Source: Trichoplax sp. H2
Taxonomy: Eukaryota
Direction of reading: 5' to 3'
Assembly (NCBI GenBank): GCA_003344405.1
Contig: NOWV01000220.1
Coordinates: 62,001 to 112,202 of the forward strand
Length of the DNA stretch: 50,202 nt
Each line of letters begins with the position of its first letter. Position 1 is the stretch's first letter. The translations under genes and the position numbers were made by a program. The notes under the pieces were generated by a model. The model was not told the DNA's origin and searched no databases. It saw only the letters and a program-made list of their open reading frames with translations. This document shows, in pieces, positions 25,717-40,788 of the stretch.

Positions 25717-28700
25717 ATTTAAATAATTATGAAATTAATCAATCATTTTAAAAATTGAGTCATTTATCGTCTATTGCTGATTATATTAATTGTTGAATAA
25801 AGAAGCAATAGAATGAGATTCCAGAAAATTCTCTGCAAATAAATCGATCAGTAAGTCATAGTTTAAAATTAGTGTGAAATGAACTCCGGAAAATTTATTG
25901 GTAGCCATAATTATTCCCCCAAAATTACATCCTTTAAAATTTATTTTTATTATAGTGTCATTATTGGGATTAAAATTGATTATAGTCTCTAGAAATTGTT
26001 AACGTAGCGATTATCTTTCAGCAAGGTCTTATATATTTAGTAGTTTAATGTTCAGTTACAATATTATGTAGTCTTCAAAACTTGCTAGTATGGTAAATGA
26101 CTCACGCGTTTTATTTTTATGCATATAATATACGGTAGCTTATTGAAAATAATGTTTCTAACACGTCAAATTTCTTCAATAAGAAATAGTAGCATTTAGT
26201 ATAATGCTCAGATATGTTCTATTGAATATCAATTCCTCCAATTAATGTAGTATTATTTATTAAATAGTACTTTACTCTTTATAATGATCAAATCAAACTC
26301 AACACAATACGCTTCCTTTTCATATTTGTTGTAGCTATTGACTCCATCTTAATGAAAGATAATATATATGTTATACATATATATAATCTAGAGTAACTAA
26401 TTTATCACAATCACACACTTAAACAGCTTTTACTGAATCTTGCAATTATAAAATATCGATATTCTCAAAGGAATGAATAAAAAATTTTACCAAAGCAGCG
26501 AATAAATGAAAAATTGCCATTTATGCCACATATGGTATGCAATATGAATACTAACCACTTTCAAGAACATTAGAAGTTTATTCTATTACAATAAAATAAT
26601 TCATCAATGAAATAGTAAATGGAATTATGCATTCGCATTCACCTGTTAATACAATAACAGGATATGTGAGGAAAATACTTGTCAGAATATTAATAGCAAA
26701 TACGTAATCAAAGATACTGTAGGGTCTTATTTAGACGTATGTTATTAAGATATAAAGCTATATTATTGAACTATTTTCTGGAAGGAACTGAAATTCTCGA
26801 AAGACGAAATAGAATTGTAAATTGCGGATGTAGATTATTATTTAAAACTCTATTAATAAATAATCAAAATCAAGCAGGATTATAAAATAATAAAAACAAC
26901 AAAAAGGCTTCATTTGTATTGAAGAGATCTTTATGATATTATGTGGCATAAAAATTTTAGTCCTGTTTACGTTGTTGAATATCTTACTATGCACAGTAAA
27001 CACCTTTTGAGTGGGTAATCTAAATGGGCTACAGCAAATTATGATTTAACATTTTCTTTTGTTGTATCTTGAGAATTTTATAATTGAGCACCAGTATAGT
27101 ATTTCAATCATTATACATATGCACCTCGAAGACAATGAAGTAATTTTAAAAGTTATAATTTCTTTAGAATAACAAATTAAATCACGTTCCAAATAACTAT
27201 TTGTTTAACTCTAGACAGTTTCGGATAGAAAGCTATTACTTAAAATTATAGTTGGTAGTGACGTAAGATCTTCATAACTAAAAACAATTATTTTCCAATT
27301 ATCATCTGCTTCATCAAATTAGAATACATATGCAATCTTCAACGAAAAACGTCTGTAAATTTGGCTACCGAGTAACAGGAGCAAGTGTTAATGAAAGGTA
27401 AGATCATTTTTGATCACTGTAAAATTTTAAGCAGAACCATGATAGTAAACTTTTATTTTTATCATAAGGCTTATGGATTAGCTCATAAATCTAGATGATC
27501 TTTCATGTTTTGAATATATCGACACTCTATATCACTAATTTGTAAGCTTATCTGTTTTTGATATAAAACCAGTATTTCTTAAATTTAAACAAGTGACAAA
27601 ATTGTTGACAACGTTGATCGAAGCTTATCAGTCAACTTGCTCTATTCCATTAATTTAATAGTCCTGGTCCATAATTTTTTCAAAAATTCTTATAATATTA
27701 CCAGTATTTTATAACTGGAAGAATGCCGAAACAGTTTTATACTGATTGGTAAATTTCTAGCAAATTATCTATCTTCTTTATCTTAGTATTATTGGTGTAC
27801 TACCAATCAAACGTTTAGATCTTGGTATTTTAACACTTCATCAGATATCAAGATAGCTCCTTAATTAATATTGAACGTTTAGCTTATGGTAACGATTATG
27901 GTACTTTCAAAACTTGTTAAGTCCTGTACCATAATTGCTCTGTCAAATTAATTTGCTGGGCCGGGTTCTAGTCTAAATGCACTTGTTTCGTTTAGATGAT
28001 TTCAAAATTTCAACAAAAAATTACTACATTAATACGCATTCAAATATTGCAAAGCAGGCCGCAATCGATTACGGCATCAACATATAAATAAATTAATCGG
28101 TTGTTAGCTTCAGTAAATATGCGAGTAAAATTACTAACGCTATGCAGTCGTCATTTTATTTGAAATTTGTCGGTGGGAAGCATTAATTAACATCTGCAAA
28201 TTGACACTACCGTACTTAGAATGTAAAGCCATAGTATGTTGGATTCAGCAATTTTCATACATTGAGTGTTTGGAAACCAAGGCATAAAAGTCAAGCGAAA
28301 TTAAATCTAATGGAAACTTTTATATCGTACTTAAATTAGCGAAATTGTTTGCGAGTTCCCATTAGAATGTTTCTATACACATTTGTATAAACAAATTGAT
28401 GAAAACTTCTGAGAAAGAATTGGTTAAGAATCGGTAGATAATTATATAGCTGAATTACTAGCATAAAGTGTATATCGCCAATATACAATCATCATAAGCA
28501 AAGTCATTTTAAGTGCTTAAAATAAGAGAATAATAAACGACAATTTACTCCAGCTTTAGTCTGGTACTAATTAAAATAAATTTAAGCACCCGTAGGTGCA
28601 AAATTTTTCAGCTTTATAGTCAAACCTTCTATTAAAAATTCATAAATACAGTTTCCTGCATTATTAAGACTTTTATGAAGCATTAATAATGATTTATGAA

Positions 28701-31700
28701 TACTATTGACATAACTACTTTGTGATTCGACCTTCAAAGTCAAAAGCGGTTAGATCAAAACTGAATTTTTATCAAGTGGAAGCTATAACTATTTCGCCCA
28801 CTCAATCATTTTGATATTATAACAATAATTATCGAAATTTATTAACAAACATCGCCATTAATGCATGAATTAAATGTCTGATTTGCCTCCTAGCCATCGA
28901 ATATTATAATTAAGCCAAGATAGGCAAAGATTTAATTCAACTTTAATCAGTACCGCATTAAATCGATCGGTATTCTTATCTGAACATGTTCAATTGTTCA
29001 GCTTTTGATCTGAAATAAGCGTTAGAAAATGAATCCGCTGACTACGAGCTATTACGATTTTTCGGTCTATGTTATCGTTACTAAAGAAATTTCTGAAACT
29101 ATTGAACTTACAGCTATCTTATCATCGAATAATTGAAATTAAATTTAATTAAACAGATCTATACCATGAACGAAGGGTTTGCTGCTTGTCTATAATATTA
29201 ATATATGCACGACTAATTAAGATATTGCTGATCATATTTTAGGTATGACTTGAATACCGTTAGTAAATAATCCTATGGATGATTTTGTTTATCCCTCAAA
29301 TATTGTTATTAACATTAGGAGTTCAAATATTCAAAGATCTTGCGATAAGAATTGATTGAAAAGGGTTAAATTGTTTTATAGCTAACCATATACTGTAAGA
29401 GTCGTAAGCCTTGTCGATTATTAAATTTAGTCTACCCTTTACTTTCTAGCAGTAACATAATTCATATGATCTGCATTTTTGTACAGCTGATAATAGAGTT
29501 ATATTGCAGAATTCATAACTGCAGCTGCGGCAGTTCTTACGTTGACTTATTAATTTCATAATTTAGCCCGATGAATAAAATTAATCTACCGTTCACTACT
29601 TCAAAGTTATATAGAAATCATAATCTAAATTGCTTATTCAGCAATAATAAATATTAAATTTTGACAAATTCGGTGAATTTGAAAAGAACAGTTACACCAT
29701 AAATTTAGATATTGAATGGCTTAGTAGTTAGTTTAACAAATCAAAATTGAACTACGCCTTACTTCAATTTACCGATCTTTTCTTAGATAAAGTCCCCGAT
29801 GATTTACGAATACGCTAATCATAGTTCAGGGAAAATTTATTTAAAACTTGTATTTTATTTTTCTGATGACAGTTTAATATTCCTATCTAGGGCGAAGACT
29901 GGTAGTTAATATGTCAAAATGAAACCGGATAATATTTGTTTTGATCTACTTAGTAAGAATGACTTGTACTGCTTGCTTTCAACCGATTATAACTTTTAAG
30001 ATATGCTTTCGCTGCTTTGTATTTGATAAAAAATTTCGTCAATATATGCGCGAAACGAGTGCATTTAGCAGTTACCATAAATTAATTATGTCACTAGCTA
30101 AAATACCTATCTACAACCGCATCGACTATTGTTCGAGAATTAGCTTTACATAAATATGCGTGTGCTATTGCAAATATTTTAAAACAGTATTATAGCTAGA
30201 GTAGTTCATTATCAGAAGATGTCGTCATTACTTAAGCAAACTGAATTCTCAATTAGGAACTTGTTTATGATCATATTAGAAAACGAGTCTTAGTTCGCGT
30301 TTGGGTTAATAAATTGACCAGGAAACATGAAGTGACTTTGATATTGAATAGATTGACTTCAAGTTGCATACGTTAGTTCTGTTGCTTGTATTTTTCTAAA
30401 ATGAAGAAAATTTTTAGATACCTTAAGTCGGGAAAGCAAGCAGATGATATAGTTATACTTTACGTTTCTATGATTTTATATTGCGACTAAAGAGGTCCAA
30501 ATTTTAACTCCTTTCCTGCTAGGACAATCTTTAACATACATTAGGATATCAAGAAGGTTTAATAGGGTTACTAAAGTAATTGAGATAGCTAAAACAAAGC
30601 TGTATGATCGAAAAATAATTGATGATCAGGAGGATGAGGTAAATTAACTCAGAATTACAAGCACAGATATTACAGTTTCGTTGGTTTATACGTATATAGT
30701 GCCTTTCCGAAGCGAAATAGCGAACAATTGGGCTAATAAATTTAAGTAGAATGATATAATCAGGCTAATTCTTAGCTTAAAAGTGATTAATAATTCCATC
30801 TACACTTTACTTTAGGCCATAAATTTTCATAACGGTTAAAGATGAGAACAGAAATTAACTCATGAGAGCCAACACATGCAAATTTCTATATTTAATGCGG
30901 TTTATTAGATATTTGCCTTCATTAATATCAGTAAATTCAGCTTGTACTTAAAATCAGATTATAGAACGATAAACTCTTAAAAATTTCTTCGTGTACATCT
31001 ATGCTTAGAAATTTTTCTTAGACTATCTTTAACTAATTCTTCAATAGCTACTATATCACTAACCATATGAGGTTAAAATCGCCTGTTAAAAAAATTAGAA
31101 TACCAACATACTACTCTCGATTACTTCGGTTTGTATACTGAAATACTCGCATTTTAATATTAAATGAAGCTTTCTACATGATATATGATTTATGAATTGA
31201 TATTGATATTGAACTATTTCAAGTTTAAGCTTATTAAATCATTCTGTTTCAAGATAAGGTCTTGACTTTTAATTATTATAGGTTAGTCAGTGTCTTTGAA
31301 TTTCTGATATCGTTATAAATTTTTAGCAAAACTATGAATTTAATGAAAATTTACGTTGCAAGTAGAAAGACTCAAATCTTACGTGAATGAATGATAAATA
31401 TAATAATTGATATTCCAGTTTACAACAATTACAGAGTCTCAAAAATTGTATGATATTAAATTTTCTAACCAGGGTAGCTGAATAAGACAGAATTTCTAAT
31501 CGATTCTTTTAGCTCTTAATTATTAGTGGCCTTTAACGATTATCAATACCTTAAAGCTAAGTTTCAAGGGTGATGTGTTGTATTTTTTATCTGATACCCT
31601 GATAATTAACTCTTACTCTTGCTTTTGAAATGCAAGTTATTGGGAGCTGTAATTTCTATGGAACGTTAAAAAGTTTTTCTTTACGTGAATACGTCACTGC

Positions 31701-34700
31701 GGGAATATGAACACTTCCAGAGCACATTACTGAAAATTAACACTATGAATAGCGAATAAAGCTTCATACAGGCATTATTAATAGTTGATATTATAAATTG
31801 AACGATAGGTAAAAAGACAATAGGAATTTATTTCATTATCAATAATTTATTCTTATGAAAAAAAGTACAGATTTATATTAATCTCAGAGAAATATCTTAA
31901 GCTTGTTGTTTTTCATTGTCCTTTCAATCATATTAAATGATGTATTGACCATATGCGTATATTAGCCAGAGAGCCACAATGTTTTGCTTTTCTATTTACT
32001 GGTTTAGTTACTTTATCTGACAGAATTATAACCGTACTTTAATTAATAGATTAGCAATAATGACTTTGAGTTGCTCCTCAAATGGCTTTCTGTGTAATAA
32101 TAGCTACATTATATATATGGCTAGTGTTACTACAAGCCTTTGCTTCTAGTGATTAGTCTACTTCCCTGGTAGAATGATTTGTTGTCTTACAAGATTAGCA
32201 ATAAAAGCCATGCATTAATTCTTTCTGGCTTCTCAATGAAGTAGAATTAAATATAAACTGTACACAGGCAAGAGTACCTTAATGTTTTCTCTTTTACCGG
32301 TTAATTTACTCGTATCTGATAGAATGGTGCATAATATATGAATTTCGAATATTTAAAAGCAAATACATTGGGCTGCTTCTTCTTGGCCTTTCAGTACAAT
32401 AGATTGGCATAGGTACCATGAATGCATGAATAGGAGTGGTGTATAATATGTATAAGATACCTCTTCTAATTATCTGTTTCTACAGTAATATAATATACTA
32501 TAATTATAAGCATAAACAAAATGCCGAAGTAATTATGTTGCTGTAAACTACTAATGTTCATGGACGGTCTCAATCCATTCTTCAATGCATAAAAAGCCGA
32601 ACTACATAACTATTCTCTAGCGATAGAAACGTACATTATTTTTGATTATAAATTTTAATGGACCAATTGCGGTTAGCAAGAAGCCCAAAGCGCATAAATC
32701 TCTTTGTTCTAGACTAAGCGTATATACCCTATTCTTTAACAATTTCAGTTTTATCTAGTTAGGTTTAGACTGTTTATATCCGATACGTGTTTGCTATTTT
32801 GGATAAAGGAAATAAATTGATAGTTTGGTAAAGAATAAAATTCTTAAGAATTGATCGCGACAATGTCTAGACGTCTTGGCATCACCTAATTTATTCTGGG
32901 TCATTACGACTTATTACAGCTTTAACTCTATAAAGCTGTATTAGAGGTGGTCAAATTGGCTATTGTCATAGTATAAGGTGGAACAGTGACCATCAACAGG
33001 TTCAATACTTAAGGTACTGTCTACCTTAAGTGATACTTCTATTTATTCCATTTCTAGATAACGTATGATGCAGTAGATTATTATAATATGTATATGTTAC
33101 ATACACGTAATAATATATTAGAAAGAATTTTAAAATTCAGGTCAATCTACGTCCAGCCAAATTGCTTAAAATTGATTACTGATAGAAATAATACTTTAGG
33201 GTGTATAATTGTATTTTTTACTCAAGGATTAATAAAGGATCCCAAAAACTATCACACACTCATCAATTATAGTTCTATTTGATGTAAAAGTGATATTTTT
33301 AACTAGCTATAGAAAGTAAAATATACGTCACGCTATTTGTTTTGGATATGCTGTCTTGCTGGGCCCTTTTAATAGTGCCATTAATTATTAAGCAAAACAA
33401 AACTTGCTACAAATATTTTTAAGCGGAATTTATCCCTAATTGTTTCATTAAATCCTGTAGTCTAGTCACGGTTATTGCTAGATGCCTCGAGGCGTCTACT
33501 AATAAATGGATGATGGTTGTCATAGCAACTTTGCATTATGTTGTGTTGATCCGATTTGAATAAATTGATACTTTCCTACCCGTATTATTATCCTTCTATG
33601 AACAGTACACGAAGGAATTTTGATACTTAAATTGCTTTATCCGTCTTTTGCACACTAAGACTAAATGCTATTAGCCTTAATCATTGTTTCATCATAATTA
33701 AAAAATTGTTGCATTCTTAATCCACACCTGTTGGAAAAACGTTCAATAGAAAAACACTCCTCCCAAACTCTTTTTTGTCATTATGAATCTCTACAACCAT
33801 ATAGGACTTGCCAAAACTTGGAATGGCAATAGATAAATAGAATGGAGATGGGAATGCTAAAGCAACTGAATACTTTGGTCAAGTAAAAAATTCCAATCAT
33901 AACCATATTATTGATAGTGGTAGGAGGAAGGTTCATTCCAATCATTATCTTGACATGAATAGCTTCATTTGCAAGAACAGTGGCCCAAATTGCTGCCTAG
34001 CGCAATTATTAATTATAGAGTATTAAAAGTTTGTCTAAAGATAATGAAATGCTCGTTACTGAGGTTGTCCTTGCGTTAAGAAAACATCATTAATAATGCG
34101 TACTTTGAACTCGATTAAATATGGAACACTTTGAGGGGTGGATTGATGCTGTCACCGATGGTTACCACATAAAGATATTTTTAACTGCTATTGTTAATAA
34201 ATTATTGTAGTCATTTAAGATATTTAATTACGTAACTAGTAATTGACAAATACCAAAGATGTACTTACGCCTGTCAGTTTTCACTGCAATGAAAGCTAAT
34301 TTACAGTGATAAAATCATTGAAAGCCCTATAGTAAAACTGTAGAAAAAATTTAATATGTATTTTCCGATGTACTCGCAACCTTCATAACGAAAGATGATC
34401 AAAGGATGAGTTTACTATGGAAACTAGTTTAAACTGCACTATTAATTCCCCCACTTTGTAATGCTTAGAATGCTTTCGCCTTGTTATTGATTTTCATATT
34501 TTAAATTGGATCGATGTAGGCTGGGAGGAAGTGTCTTAGGCTATTAACAAGCATAACTAAATGCCATACATGGCATAATGATAGAACAACTTGACTTGCA
34601 ATGTTAAAAATATGGAGCCATTAGAGTTGATTTTTATTGGATAAAAGTAAATATGCCCGTTTAAAGGACGGAACTTTGACATAAAACATTTATATAACGT

Positions 34701-37358
34701 ACCCTCATCGACATATAAAGTTTGTTATTTAATAAACTGTTGCAATTTTACGGTCTATGGTATTTAGTGATATAGAGCTTATCCTTTTGCATTTCACGCC
34801 GGCGCTACAATAGATTAAATCGACTTTCTATTCAGTCATATTACTACCAAGAGATGACTGGAGTCATAAAGAGATTATTTCATAGCTATTTCTGACTTTT
34901 ATACTTAAGGTTTACCGATATTTTTGGCAGTGCCTTCTTTAATCTCGAAACCATGGATAAATTTATTGAAGTGACTGCTACTAGATACGAGAGATGAATG
35001 TATACTTATTAACAAGATAGCATCGGCATGAAAAGTATTTTTTTTAGGTAATAGTGAATGTCTTCATTCACTACATAACAAAATTACTAGAAGTTAATGC
35101 TCTAGACAAATTTATTGCCATTTATACGGATTTGATGGAACATTTTATGTCATAGCTTTGATATAAAAGTTAAAGTTGTACGCTTTTCTTTTTAATCTAT
35201 TCAAACCTTTTATTCAATTATTTCAACACTATTACGCAAGTTATATGTATTATCGACGCTAATTTATAACCTTGAATAACAAAATATTTTAGTACTAAAG
35301 AGAATGCGATTTATTGACTTTGCAATATTGTTGATTTGCTATTAAATCTCATTCTCTAGCATGGACAATAACAGTTGCTTAAGTTCAATAGATGAATTTA
35401 CCTTCTATAATCCAGATGTTTCCCTAATAACAATGGTCGAAAGATATTGCTACCATGTATCTTATTACTTTTTCCATTGATCGCGAATTGATTTTGATTT
35501 AGTTAGTAATTTAATGCTATTTGCAATTGTACACGTACATCAAAAGCGTTACTATTTAGTAATATATTAATATTTTTATAAAAGCAAATATAGTTGAAAT
35601 ATCCTCGTTACTCGTGTGATCGTTTGATAATAAATTTCTGTATTATTGATCCTAAATCAATGCGTTAATACCGTGAATGTAATATTCTTGAGTCACTTTA
35701 TTCCTTTGTGAGCTAGTTATACTTAGAGGTTTAGCAAATCAAGATTGGTTTATACGGGTATAGCAACTTAATCATTTGCCTTTAAGGGTTGCAACTTTGC
35801 ATTATTTGACTAGGAAACTACCTTAAATGTTATAATACGAACTTAAAACGAATTTACATATTCATTATTACATTAATGATATCCTGAAGAAAAATATTTA
35901 CTTTTTTATGAAATTAATTTTGAATGCTATATTGGCCAAGCATCTACTATAATTTATGATTGAATGTACGTGTACATTTGATAGTAAGGCTGTAAACAGA
36001 TATGCCTAACTTGCACATCATCTTCCTACTCTAACGACATGATCAAATTTAATCAACAGTGAAAAATTCTTAACTTTTCTCCTAACCAGTTTATATTTTT
36101 ATATACTATTATGCTACAAATCAGGACACCGTTATAGAAAGAATATTACAATTCATATGAGGCTACATGTACAATTCTAACTTTAAGCTATTTTACAAGA
36201 AAGATGAGAGTAGCTATTAACACTAACGGTTGGAATTACATTATCTATGCGTATTTTAATGACTTATTAAGAGCTGTTTTACCGAAAATAACCGGACATT
36301 GCTATCACTACAAGTAGCTACTATTCCAAACTGCAACTAAATGTATTCTGATTTTAGTTTTAATCCGCAAGAATTTAGGATTCTCCAATTCTACTCCTCA
36401 TGTTATGATTCATACGAGCACAACGATACTTCGACTGTCGTTCTACTTTCAATTCTAGCTTTAGTAAAAATTAAAGTCTAATTGCTCAGTTTTACCTTGT
36501 CATGAAATGCAGAATGTGTTCGGTAAACACGGCGATACGTTATACTCTAAATATATCCGCAGTTGCTTTATAACTGTTTCACCTGAAGTTGGAATGATAT
36601 TTAAACTTAGAAAAATATAAAATTTTGGGCTTCAACCACTTTAATACAGTACCGGTATGGGTTTAAGACTGGCCATCTGGCTAAAAATCGGACTAGAAAT
36701 GTCAGACTATGCTATTTCGTAATCTATTAACAGATGGAACCGTTAATAAATCAAATAAAATCATGAACAGGTAGCGGGATTGTGCATCAAAAGCAAACAT
36801 TAAAAATTCAGGTTCATTTATTAACTTTGTATATATTTTGATTCGTTGTCGGCCCTAATTATTTTAATGTATTATGAATTCAATATTATTTGAATCAATA
36901 TTAAGAGAAAAGTTATAGAACTTTGCGATACTACCGTATACAGTACATCAAATGTAACATCCAATACATCCGCTGTTACTGTATAAATATTTTGCTGAAG
37001 AACAAGAGCGCGGGCTGCTATTTAAACTTTTCAATATTGCAATTAATTCATTTTACTGTTTCATTCAAATTAGTTATACTTGTATTTGCTGGCTTCAAGA
37101 CTGCATAAATTGTTAGAAATTAAAGCTCTTTGGCTCAATTTTGTGATATAGAGATATTAATTAACAGCATCAATTGATCGAATTGACTGGGATCAAATGC
37201 TATCGAGATGGCATTATAAAAAGTAAATGTATCCCTTTCTTTCATATATCTATAGCATTAATGCTCTTACCAGAATCAATTTTAGTTGGAATCATGCCAA
37301 GATCATCAATAAAAGTATGACTGGAATGTGTTTCATCAAATTTTCACTTCATAGTCGT

Positions 37359-37743
37359 ACCCTTACTGCCTTCCAATCTTGTCTCTTGATTAAAGTATAA
37401 AGTAGCTCAACAGTTGCATTTTGCTCACTGTTTTACAGTTTTCGATCTACAAAACTCCTACCTCCGACTTTTACTCGGCAAGAAGACTGCTTAAGTCGAT
37501 AGATTGCTAACAAAGTGTAAATGAGCAAACTTGATGCAAAAATAAGAAACTGAAATCATACCAGCATCGAATCTTGTCATCTTGCTTGAATCTATTTTCA
37601 CTTTTTTTACTCTCTTCGTTTCATGAGATTTGAGCAATATTTAATAACATAGTTTTTAAATTTTTTTCGGTTAGTTAGATCAGATGATATCGTTGTAGGT
37701 CGTTAAATATCTTAAATCAACTTTTCGGCTTGCCAATTTCATA
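37359..37743 (+). repeat. Segment duplicated at 40223-40608 (~96% identity)
   Basis: Hand alignment gives ~15 differences over ~385 nt. Confidence 0.95.
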
Positions 37744-40023
37744 TCGATTATACCATATTGTTCATCAGTAGAATTTTGGAATGGTGCAAGAAAATTGAGC
37801 TGTAACGATGATTGGAATGTGGAGCATTTATTTAATTAACAATTTCCACTAGTCCGTAAAAGTATCTTAGAATAGAACTTTAATATCAAATCATCGCTAT
37901 AAGCTTCTGTAACAGCATGATTACTAAAGCTTTTAAGTAATATTTTTGGATTAATGCACTAATCCTTCAATTTAGCAATGATTAATTTGACGACAGATGC
38001 GCTCCGTAAATGCAAGATATCTGTACTCATATCTACTCATTGACTAAAATGTATCACTAATCAAAAGAAATTTAAATAACATAGTAGACAAAACAGCTCG
38101 AGTAAGACTACATTAGGCTACTTGTGCAGTTAAAAATGTAAATTACACAGTTGAGTTGATATCACTAATAACTTTATAATCCAATATATAGTTAATCTCT
38201 AGCGGAATCTGATATCAAAAGCATTGATTTTTCTTATTAGTTACTAGCAGTTAAGATTTCCGATCATTAAAATAATACTTCTCTGCTAGATGGATGATTT
38301 TTATGTGATAAATCAACCAAATTCTAAAATAATTTAGACCTTAAAATTCCAGAATTTTCCATCGCAGGAAATAGAAAGTGATATCAGTAAATAGTTAAAA
38401 ATAACTTTCTAGTAGCATTATAGCTCTTAATCCCGAGCTTGTATACCATAAAATATCCTATAGAATATTTCGTTAATATCTAATTCTGACTTTATATTGC
38501 TATCTCCGTATAGCTTATATACGTAATTATCGGTTGATAGATTTGGAATTTCTAACGATTTATGTACCCTTCTGCATTCTGTCATTGAAAACCCACCATA
38601 TACTTTGAACTATTAATACATCAACCCACTTAGAATCCTGTAGAATTTACTTCAGGAACAGATATGTCGTTTATGGCTATCATACCAACCGATCTCATAA
38701 TGTTACGTTTATTTGTAGCTAATGATTACTTTTAACTTAAGACTGACTACCAATCGGGATCACGTTAGCGACTAATTGACAGCACTTTCCTGCAAGTCCA
38801 GGCCAGGGGATTCCACTTGAGTTTCGGTTTATAAGTATGTTTCTTGCAATACTATTGAATAAGAATCCCTTTTGCATTTAAGAATTAAAATACCCAGTTT
38901 AATTAGTACAAATTCTTGTATTTGGTATGGTATTCATTTACTATTGTTTGTGCTAGTAGTATCCAGACAAAATTTGCTTTGTAAAGAAAGATTGAAGATT
39001 TAGACTTTAACAGCGTAGGTAAATTTAAAATCTCAGATTTTACATCTACCGATAGGTGTCATCCATATTGTACCCTTTCAGTTACGATTTGATCAGATAT
39101 TGGGTACAGGATCACTCTTATCATCCAATTTTCTGCCAATAGACTTGCAAGCACTAACTGGCTTATGTATATTTATTATGAATGGAAGTACTCTAGGCCA
39201 AGACTAAATTTAGATGATTGTTCCCCTAACATTCCGGGTAGAAATTAATAATAAGATCGCTAAGCAAAGTGTCTTTAAATATAGCAACATCAGGTACTTA
39301 GTTGTGGCAACTGCTGTTATAAAAGAAGCATTCTAAATTTATCCAACATTATCTGTTAATTTAAAGCGATTTGATGATGATAGTCTTGCTTGCAAAGGTC
39401 ACTGGACTTGATGACCTCCGTGATAGCATACTTAATTTGTGGATTCATTCAATCTAGTGACGGGATTCGATTAAATGTTTTACCAGTAATAATTAAATTT
39501 CCAAATAGATTTATGGATATTAATTCTTTTGCAAATCCACCAGGTGTCGGAAGTTGATTATTAATTGCTAGATTGAATAAGAAATGGCTATTTTATTCTA
39601 ATAAAATAAATTTATATATGGTAAAACATGAACCAATCACTAAATGAAATAAGTTACCATACCTAATTAAGAAAATTCTAGAATATTTGTACTTTGTTAG
39701 CAAATCCGTATCCAAAGATATAGAATCGGATGATTTTAGCACTCTATTTAAACTAAATACAATATCTCGCTGAAAAGGAGCAGACTTACAGGTTTAATTT
39801 ACATTAAAATCAGGCAGGTAAATATTACCAGTGTATAATGCTAACACACTCTTAAAGGATAAAAGATCGGATTCCGGTAAGAAGGTTTTACTAATTAATT
39901 ACAGTTAGAATAACAAATTTATGTTTATCAAAATAACAATTTGCTTTCTTAATCTAATTAGCCGGCGGGTTAATTTTAGAAAATACTCGTGTAATTGCTA
40001 ATCAGGCTGTAAAATTGTTCATG

Positions 40024-40202
40024 GCGTGATCGAAATAAATTTTGAGACCGAAGAGTAGTATCATGGCCATTTTCATACCTTAAAGCTTAATTGCATTACT
40101 TAGTAGCAATGCAATTCATAACTTGTTATACTGAGATTAAAAAAAATATTGTGAATCGAATGATAGAAATCAAGTTAATTAAGAGAAATACTATGGAGCA
40201 TT
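40024..40202 (+). repeat. Segment duplicated at 40609-40788
   Basis: GCGTGATCGAAATAAATTTTGAGACCG...CTATGGAGCATT occurs twice with only a few substitutions or indels. Confidence 0.95.
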
Positions 40203-40222
40203 NNNNNNNNNNNNNNNNNNNN
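40203..40222. other. Assembly gap (20 N)
   Basis: Run of 20 n characters. Confidence 1.
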
Positions 40223-40788
40223 ACCCTTACTGCCTTCCAATCTTGTCTCTTGATTAAAGTATAAAGTAGCTCAACAGTTGCATTTTGTTCACTGTTTTAC
40301 AGTTTTCGATCTACAAAACTCCTACCTCCGATATTTACTCGGCAAGAAGACTGCTTAAGTCGATAGATTGCTAACAAAGTGTAAATGAGCAAACTCGATG
40401 CAAAAACAAGAAACTGAAATCATACCAGCATCGAATCTTGTCATCTTGCTTGAATCTATTTACACTTTTTTTACACTCTTCGTTTTATGAGATTTGAGCA
40501 ATATTTAATTACATAGTTTTTAAATTTTTTTTCGGTTAGCTAGATCAGATGATATCGTTGTAAGCCGTTAAATATCTTAAATCAATTTTTTGGCTTGCCA
40601 ATTTCATAGCGTGATCGAAATAAATTTTGAGACCGAAGAGTAGAGTCATGGCCATTTTCATACCTTAAAGCTTAATTGCATTACTTAGTAGCAATGCAAT
40701 TCATAACTTGTTATCCTGAGATTAAAAAAGAATATTGAGAATCGAATGATAGAAATCAAGTTAATTAAGAGAAATACTATGGAGCATT
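40223..40788 (+). repeat. Second copy (probable alternative haplotype) joining 37359-37743 directly to 40024-40202
   Basis: Begins right after the gap. The junction reads ...GCCAATTTCATAGCGTGATC... Confidence 0.9.

Noticed and set aside
33781..33996. 71-codon open frame on the minus strand after a possible AG acceptor (AAIWATVLANEAIHVKIMIG..)
   Set aside because: Weak polypyrimidine tract, no recognisable family and no partner exons found. The length is within chance expectation.
38806..38830. Adjacent kappaB-like (GGGGATTCCA) and ISRE-like (AGTTTCGGTTT) motifs inside the indel segment
   Set aside because: Both matches are imperfect, there is no known target gene nearby, and such matches are expected by chance in 35 kb.
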